The notes beneath the pieces are model-generated. The model saw only the letters and a list, made by a program, of their open reading frames with translations, had not been told where the DNA came from and made no database searches. This document shows, piece by piece, positions 24,666-26,740 of a stretch of DNA of 26,740 nt. Position 1 is the stretch's first letter, and the number at the start of each line of letters is the position of its first letter. The translations under genes and the position numbers were made by a program. Origin of the DNA: Gemmatimonadaceae bacterium (GTDB lineage: Bacteria > Gemmatimonadota > Gemmatimonadetes > Gemmatimonadales > Gemmatimonadaceae); the NCBI GenBank assembly GCA_040902005.1, contig JBBDYA010000072.1, positions 1 through 26,740 of the forward strand, in the 5' to 3' direction.

Positions 24666-26078
24666 CTACGGCAACCTTGCCCACCGCTCCTGCGCCGCCA
24701 GGATCTCATCCAATTGCTGGCGATGGAGCAATCGGCCGCCGAAGATCACCGCCGCGATCTTCTGCGTATTGCGGATCTCCTGCAGCGGGTCGCCTTCGAG
24801 GAGAACGAGATCGGCAATCCGGCCGACGGACACGCCGAAATCAGCTTCCTTGCCGAGGAAACGGGCGGCATTCGATGTCGCCGTTTGCAGCGCCTCCATG
24901 GGAGTGAGCCCAGCCTGCACGAAGAGCTGCAACTCGTCGTGCAAGGAGAAGCCCGGGTAGAGATAGGGGTTGCCGATATCCGTACCTGCCAACAAGCCGA
25001 CTCCAGCCCTGTGCATGGCAGCGACCAACCGCAGCGAGCCCGCAAAGATCTCTCTCTGCCGATCGAACGTTTCGTCTGTCCACCCACGCAAGCCGGGCGC
25101 CTCCACCCAACTGTCACGAAGCCACTTCGCCACATATTTCAGCCGGGCATCGTTGGTGAATTCCGGATCGTTGCCATATGCCCGCCAACGAGGTGCCGTC
25201 AACGTCGGGCTCTGCCAGGTGTCATTGCGCAGGAACAGCTCGAACAGCGCGGTAGCCTTTTGCTCGTCAAAACTCCGGACCGCCTCGACCCCGACTACCC
25301 CGATCCGGTCTGGGGCGGCGGAGGTGGGCATCGAACGCAGCGCAGTCTCACGGCTGGAAACGGCAAAGGGTATCCGCGTCAGGTGCTCGATGGTGCGCTG
25401 CCCCGCATTCGAAACCTCCGCCACCGTCACCGCGCTCGGCACGTGTCCGGCAAATGGGAGCCCAAGCCTCCTCGCCTCATCGGCAATAGCAAAGAACACA
25501 TCGCGCGGGAGCCGCGAATACACCTTGATAAAATCCGATCCCTCAGCATGTGCCCTCTGCACGGCGGCGCGTGCTTCATCCGCCGTACCCAGCGCGACCG
25601 AGCCCGGCCAGTATGGCTGCGGACCGTCAAAGATGACGCTGCCGATTATCTGGCGTGGGCCCAGCATCCTCCCGGCTTCGATGGCGCGCCTCCATGAGTG
25701 ATGCGCCGTGTCGCCCCACATCACCCGCGCACCGGTTACGCCATTTGCCAGCGTGAGCGCGAGGTCCTCCTGGTGCCACCAGTGCACGTGCATGTCCCAC
25801 AAGCCAGGGATCAGAAACTTGCCGTGCGCGTTGACGACGCGTGCGTTCGGGGGGACTCGGGCCGTCGAAAAATTGTCAACGGCCACGATGCGCCCGCGAT
25901 CAATCACAACCGTCTGCTCAGGCCGCACTGAGGCCGTGGCAGGATCGATGACCGTCACGCGCACTATGGCCAATGGGGCGCTGCTGGTGTCAGAAGACAA
26001 TTGCTGTGCACGGGCCGCTTGTGTGGCCGCCAACAGCGAGCTGCCCAGCAGCGTCATCATCAAGGACTGAACCTTCAT
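24666..26078 (-). CDS. Secreted amidohydrolase family protein
   Basis: Signal peptide, LIPGLWDMHVH, DFIKVY, AGHVP, TIEHL, LLAGTD, GRIADLVLL..DPL. Confidence 0.92.
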   Translation of the reverse strand: MKVQSLMMTLLGSSLLAATQAARAQQLSSDTSSAPLAIVRVTVIDPATASVRPEQTVVIDRGRIVAVDNFSTARVPPNARVVNAHGKFLIPGLWDMHVHWWHQEDLALTLANGVTGARVMWGDTAHHSWRRAIEAGRMLGPRQIIGSVIFDGPQPYWPGSVALGTADEARAAVQRAHAEGSDFIKVYSRLPRDVFFAIADEARRLGLPFAGHVPSAVTVAEVSNAGQRTIEHLTRIPFAVSSRETALRSMPTSAAPDRIGVVGVEAVRSFDEQKATALFELFLRNDTWQSPTLTAPRWRAYGNDPEFTNDARLKYVAKWLRDSWVEAPGLRGWTDETFDRQREIFAGSLRLVAAMHRAGVGLLAGTDIGNPYLYPGFSLHDELQLFVQAGLTPMEALQTATSNAARFLGKEADFGVSVGRIADLVLLEGDPLQEIRNTQKIAAVIFGGRLLHRQQLDEILAAQERWARLP

Positions 26079-26131
26079 AGGAGCTCGACGGAAAAAGATG
26101 CTCGCATAGCGTCAGTCGATCTGCAAAGAAG

Positions 26132-26740
<609 letters not shown>

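Overview
High-GC bacterial DNA. The style of the Ser/Thr kinases, the TonB-C lipoprotein and the ECF sigma factor suggests Gemmatimonadota (inference). The window has four parts. (1) 1-8694 is a metal-homeostasis block: multicopper oxidase (5'-truncated), P1B-5-type ATPase, P2A-type ATPase, DUF2156 protein, CDF transporter, a cupin/PQQ-sugar-dehydrogenase chimera and CopZ. (2) 8715-11760 holds a sulfatase remnant, a membrane kinase-TPR protein and a collapsed in-frame copy of a gene that lies 10 kb away. (3) 11951-21317 is the most notable part, a compact six-gene block. Three ADP-ribose-linked modules (ADP-ribosylglycohydrolase, a kinase-Macro fusion, a DUF6569/ARPP-1 protein) surround a zinc-ribbon kinase, a 1481-aa triple-kinase/TolB-like/TPR protein and a kinase-associated ECF sigma factor. 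It is a candidate ADP-ribose-sensing phospho-signalling or anti-conflict system. (4) 21375-26740 is a minus-strand string of unrelated genes, some broken, ending in the 3' part of katG. Several gene fragments and abrupt junctions indicate deletion-driven decay or assembly problems. All family calls come from motif recognition by eye; no searches were run.
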